A stretch of 38,840 nucleotides of DNA from Actinomycetota bacterium (GTDB taxonomy: Bacteria; Actinomycetota; Acidimicrobiia; Acidimicrobiales; Microtrichaceae): the NCBI GenBank assembly GCA_009700815.1, contig WLLG01000001.1, forward strand, positions 1-38,840, given 5' to 3'. The position numbers and the translations under genes were made by a program. This document shows, piece after piece, positions 36,259-38,840 of the stretch. Numbering within the stretch: position 1 is the stretch's first letter; each line of letters starts with the position of its first letter. The notes beneath the pieces were generated by a model. That model was not told the DNA's origin. It worked only from the letters and a program-made list of their open reading frames with translations, and ran no database searches.

Positions 36259-37412
36259 GGCTGGGTTCCCTTGCGAGGACGGGCCCATGTCTCGAGAAGG
36301 TCCGCTACTCGATCTGCTGCCTCGGGGTGCGCCAAGGTGCCGGCTGCTCTGCCCATCTCTGCCAACTTGCTCGTTCCGCTATTGGCTGCCATCAATGCAT
36401 CCGTTTCGAGCACCAAGCGATCTGCATCAAACTCTGCATCGGCCACCATCACTGCCGCTCCGGCGGCCATCAGCGGCTGAGCATTTGCTGTCTGATGATC
36501 ACGTGTTGCAATCGGTAACGGCACCAGAATCGAACCGAGACCAACCACTGCGAGTTCAGCAACAGTCGTGCCACCCGACCTACAAATAGCAAGGTCTGCA
36601 GCAGCTAAGACAAGGTCCATGCGGTCCTCGTAGCGCACGCTCTGATAGATGAGGTCAGCTGGCTCAAGCTCTGGGCGGAGATCAAAATCACGTGCGCCAA
36701 TCACATGATGAATGGCGAGATCAGACCGGTCCGACCACTTTTTGACAGCGCCATAGACAGCCTCGTTCAGTCGGCGAGAACCAAGAGAACCGGCAAAAGC
36801 AACAATCACAGTCCTATCGGTTGGAAGTCCTAGCGTCACCCGCGCAGCGCGCTGCTGACGGTCCGCGCCTACTTGCAGCATTTCCTCACGCACGGGGTTT
36901 CCGGTCACTACTGCCCGAGGCAGATCGGTTTCTTTAAATGGAACGGCACAAGCTTTGGCCCACCGTGCTACTAGACGATTTGAAGCCCCGGCCCTGGCAT
37001 TTTGATCGGCGACTATCAGCGGCACTCGCCAAAGAATCGCTGCTAGAGAACAAGCAACGCTTGCAAACCCGCCGAGGGCTAACACGACTGCGGGGCGCCG
37101 CTTTCGGATCAAAAAGATTGACTGCATCACTGCCTGAGTAATGCCCCAAATCGCAGCAATATTTTCGAGCGTTAACTTGCGTTGGATGCCACGTCCTGGC
37201 AGCAGCGTGATTTCAAATCCGGACTCGGGCACCAGTGATGCCTCGATACCACGCTCGGCACCCACGAAATGCAGCGAGTCGGGTGCATGGCCTCGCTCAA
37301 CGAGTGCCTTAGCTACGGCAATCCCAGGAACAACATGGCCCGCAGTTCCACCGCCAGCAATCACTGCCCAAGTAGGCCTCGCAGATGCAGAGGAGTTGGC
37401 CGAACCTGCCAT
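36255..37412 (-). CDS. murG: MurG glycosyltransferase
   Basis: GGGTAGHV.P, GGFAS, TGNPVR, GSLGS, RSGGTTVAEL, HQTANA; ATG 37412 overlaps the ftsW stop. Confidence 0.95.
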   Translation of the reverse strand: MAGSANSSASARPTWAVIAGGGTAGHVVPGIAVAKALVERGHAPDSLHFVGAERGIEASLVPESGFEITLLPGRGIQRKLTLENIAAIWGITQAVMQSIFLIRKRRPAVVLALGGFASVACSLAAILWRVPLIVADQNARAGASNRLVARWAKACAVPFKETDLPRAVVTGNPVREEMLQVGADRQQRAARVTLGLPTDRTVIVAFAGSLGSRRLNEAVYGAVKKWSDRSDLAIHHVIGARDFDLRPELEPADLIYQSVRYEDRMDLVLAAADLAICRSGGTTVAELAVVGLGSILVPLPIATRDHQTANAQPLMAAGAAVMVADAEFDADRLVLETDALMAANSGTSKLAEMGRAAGTLAHPEAADRVADLLETWARPRKGTQP

Positions 37413-38692
37413 TAACTGTCCCGAGCTACAGAAACCATCACACCCACCGAGAGCATGCACATCATCAGTGAGGACCCCCCATAAGAGACGAACGGCAACG
37501 TAATACCTTTCGTTGGCAATGCACCTACGGTGACCATGATATTGATCATTGCCTGCACGCCAATCCAGGTAGTGATTCCAATGGCCACGAGCCGCCCAAA
37601 TTGGCTCCGACTACGCAGTGCAATCCTGATTCCCGCAAACATGAATACAACAAATGCCCCGAGGACTAACAAGCTGCCCAATAGGCCCAGCTCCTCACCG
37701 ATGATGGCAAGAATGAAGTCCGTGTCCGCCTCGGGCAGGTACCCCCACTTTGCCCTGGAGTTTCCCGGCCCGCTACCGAACAGCCCACCCGAGGCAAACC
37801 CGATTTGCGACTGGAGCAGTTGATACCCGCCGGTGGTCTCGTGGCCGGAAGGGTTGAAATATGCGGCGATTCTCTGCACACGGAATCCACCAAATACCAG
37901 AATCACCAGCGCAGCTGCAGAGGCTGCGGCTGCTGCGATTCCTCCCACTTGTCGAAGGGGCGCTCCGGCTAGGAACAACATGACAATCACGATCACGCCG
38001 AGCAGCAGGGTGGTTCCTAGGTCATCGCCGAGCAGCACCATCAATGCCAACGCTCCGGTAACGGCAAAGATCGGGTGGAGCAGTTCCCGCGATCCGATCT
38101 CTCTGCTTCGCTTGTCCAAGAGTCGCGCCAACCACAGGATCAACGCGAGCTTGGCAAAGTCAGAAGGCTGTACCTGAAATGCCTCCGTGCCCAGCCATCG
38201 CGTTGCACCATTTTTGGTCAGGGCAAATGGAAGATGGGGCCCACCAACAGCGCCAAGCGCAATATCGAGCGCCAGAATCGCTTGCAGGCCGAGAGCGACC
38301 AAGATCATCACGGGGGCAATTCGGTCACGCCAGAACGTAAGGGGAATTCTCGACGCAACTACCCCTAAGGCCAGGCCAAGCACCATCCAAACCAACTGAC
38401 GAACCCCAGTACTCCAGTTGGGATTGTCCTTCTGTACCGAAGCTACTGAAGAGGCCGAATACACCATGACAATGCCGAGCAGACACAGCAGGCCCGTCGC
38501 TCCTAACAACAGATGCTCTGGCTTTGGACCAACCTGAACGACCTCGACCTCTACAGCACGCAACTTGCGTCCCGAGGATGCCCCTGAGCGCGTTCGACTC
38601 GAAGTCCGCGATCCTGAAGTCCGCGATCCTGAAGTCCGCGATCCGGAAGTCCGCGATCCTGTAGTCCGCGATCCGGAAGTCCGCTGGCTCAC
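37412..38692 (-). CDS. ftsW: SEDS peptidoglycan glycosyltransferase FtsW
   Basis: [47 protein letters not shown]; GTG 38692 with GGAGG SD. Confidence 0.95.
   Translation of the reverse strand: MSQRTSGSRTTGSRTSGSRTSGSRTSGSRTSSRTRSGASSGRKLRAVEVEVVQVGPKPEHLLLGATGLLCLLGIVMVYSASSVASVQKDNPNWSTGVRQLVWMVLGLALGVVASRIPLTFWRDRIAPVMILVALGLQAILALDIALGAVGGPHLPFALTKNGATRWLGTEAFQVQPSDFAKLALILWLARLLDKRSREIGSRELLHPIFAVTGALALMVLLGDDLGTTLLLGVIVIVMLFLAGAPLRQVGGIAAAAASAAALVILVFGGFRVQRIAAYFNPSGHETTGGYQLLQSQIGFASGGLFGSGPGNSRAKWGYLPEADTDFILAIIGEELGLLGSLLVLGAFVVFMFAGIRIALRSRSQFGRLVAIGITTWIGVQAMINIMVTVGALPTKGITLPFVSYGGSSLMMCMLSVGVMVSVARDS
38601..38684. repeat. 15-bp in-frame tandem repeat x5.6 in the ftsW 5' end (SRTSG)
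   Basis: GAAGTCCGCGATCC(T/G) repeated. Confidence 0.95.
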
Positions 38693-38840
38693 CCCAGACC
38701 TCCGGAGCGAATGAACTCCCGATAGAACAGCCCTAGGCCGAGCGCTGTGCATGCAGCCGTCAGCATCCAAAAACGCACGATCACCGTGGTCTCTGGCCAG
38801 CCAACCAGTTCGAAGTGATGATGGATTGGTGCCATCCGGA
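38689..38840 (-). CDS. mraY: Phospho-N-acetylmuramoyl-pentapeptide transferase, 3' end only (absent from the ORF track)
   Basis: Manual translation [27 protein letters not shown]...GGLG* contains the MraY HHH motif; its stop overlaps the ftsW start (GTGA). Confidence 0.93.
   Translation of the reverse strand, partial: RMAPIHHHFELVGWPETTVIVRFWMLTAACTALGLGLFYREFIRSGGLG

Noticed and set aside
38693-38770. Upstream extension of FtsW in the ORF track
   Set aside because: This DNA encodes the MraY C-terminus in another frame.
1-38840. Prophage, IS, defence island, tRNA or rRNA
   Set aside because: No transposase, integrase, phage or defence motifs; no spacer is large or structured enough for such RNAs by eye; composition looks uniform.

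Overview
Chromosomal housekeeping region of a moderately high-GC actinobacterium. Gene content (bpa, sepF/yggT/divIVA, no ftsA, many apparently leaderless starts) points to Actinomycetota; Acidimicrobiia is my impression, not a tested assignment. Left: the 3' end of a FadD19-like acyl-CoA ligase and a scrambled classical menaquinone cluster (menG, menF, menD, menH, menA, menE; no menB, menC or menI). Middle: VOC, SDR, Gfo/Idh/MocA, YyaL-like, HAE3/MMPL-type RND and nitroreductase genes, an unknown GNAT-like protein, dnaE, bpa, an NPP-family phosphodiesterase and an Rrf2 regulator. Right (minus strand): mraY(3' end)-ftsW-murG-murC-murB-ftsQ-ftsZ-pgeF-yggS-sepF-yggT-divIVA-dksA-like-lspA-rluD. 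I saw no mobile element, CRISPR array, rRNA or tRNA, and cannot demonstrate a new multi-gene system. Most notable: (1) at least 11 unrelated short tandem-repeat arrays, with units divisible by 3 inside genes and not between genes; (2) mraY coupled directly to ftsW with murD missing; (3) a one-cysteine DksA-like protein with a long histone-H1-like N-terminus; (4) a bidirectional -10 element between menD and menH; (5) FtsR-like boxes upstream of ftsZ. All calls come from reading motifs by eye, with no database searches.
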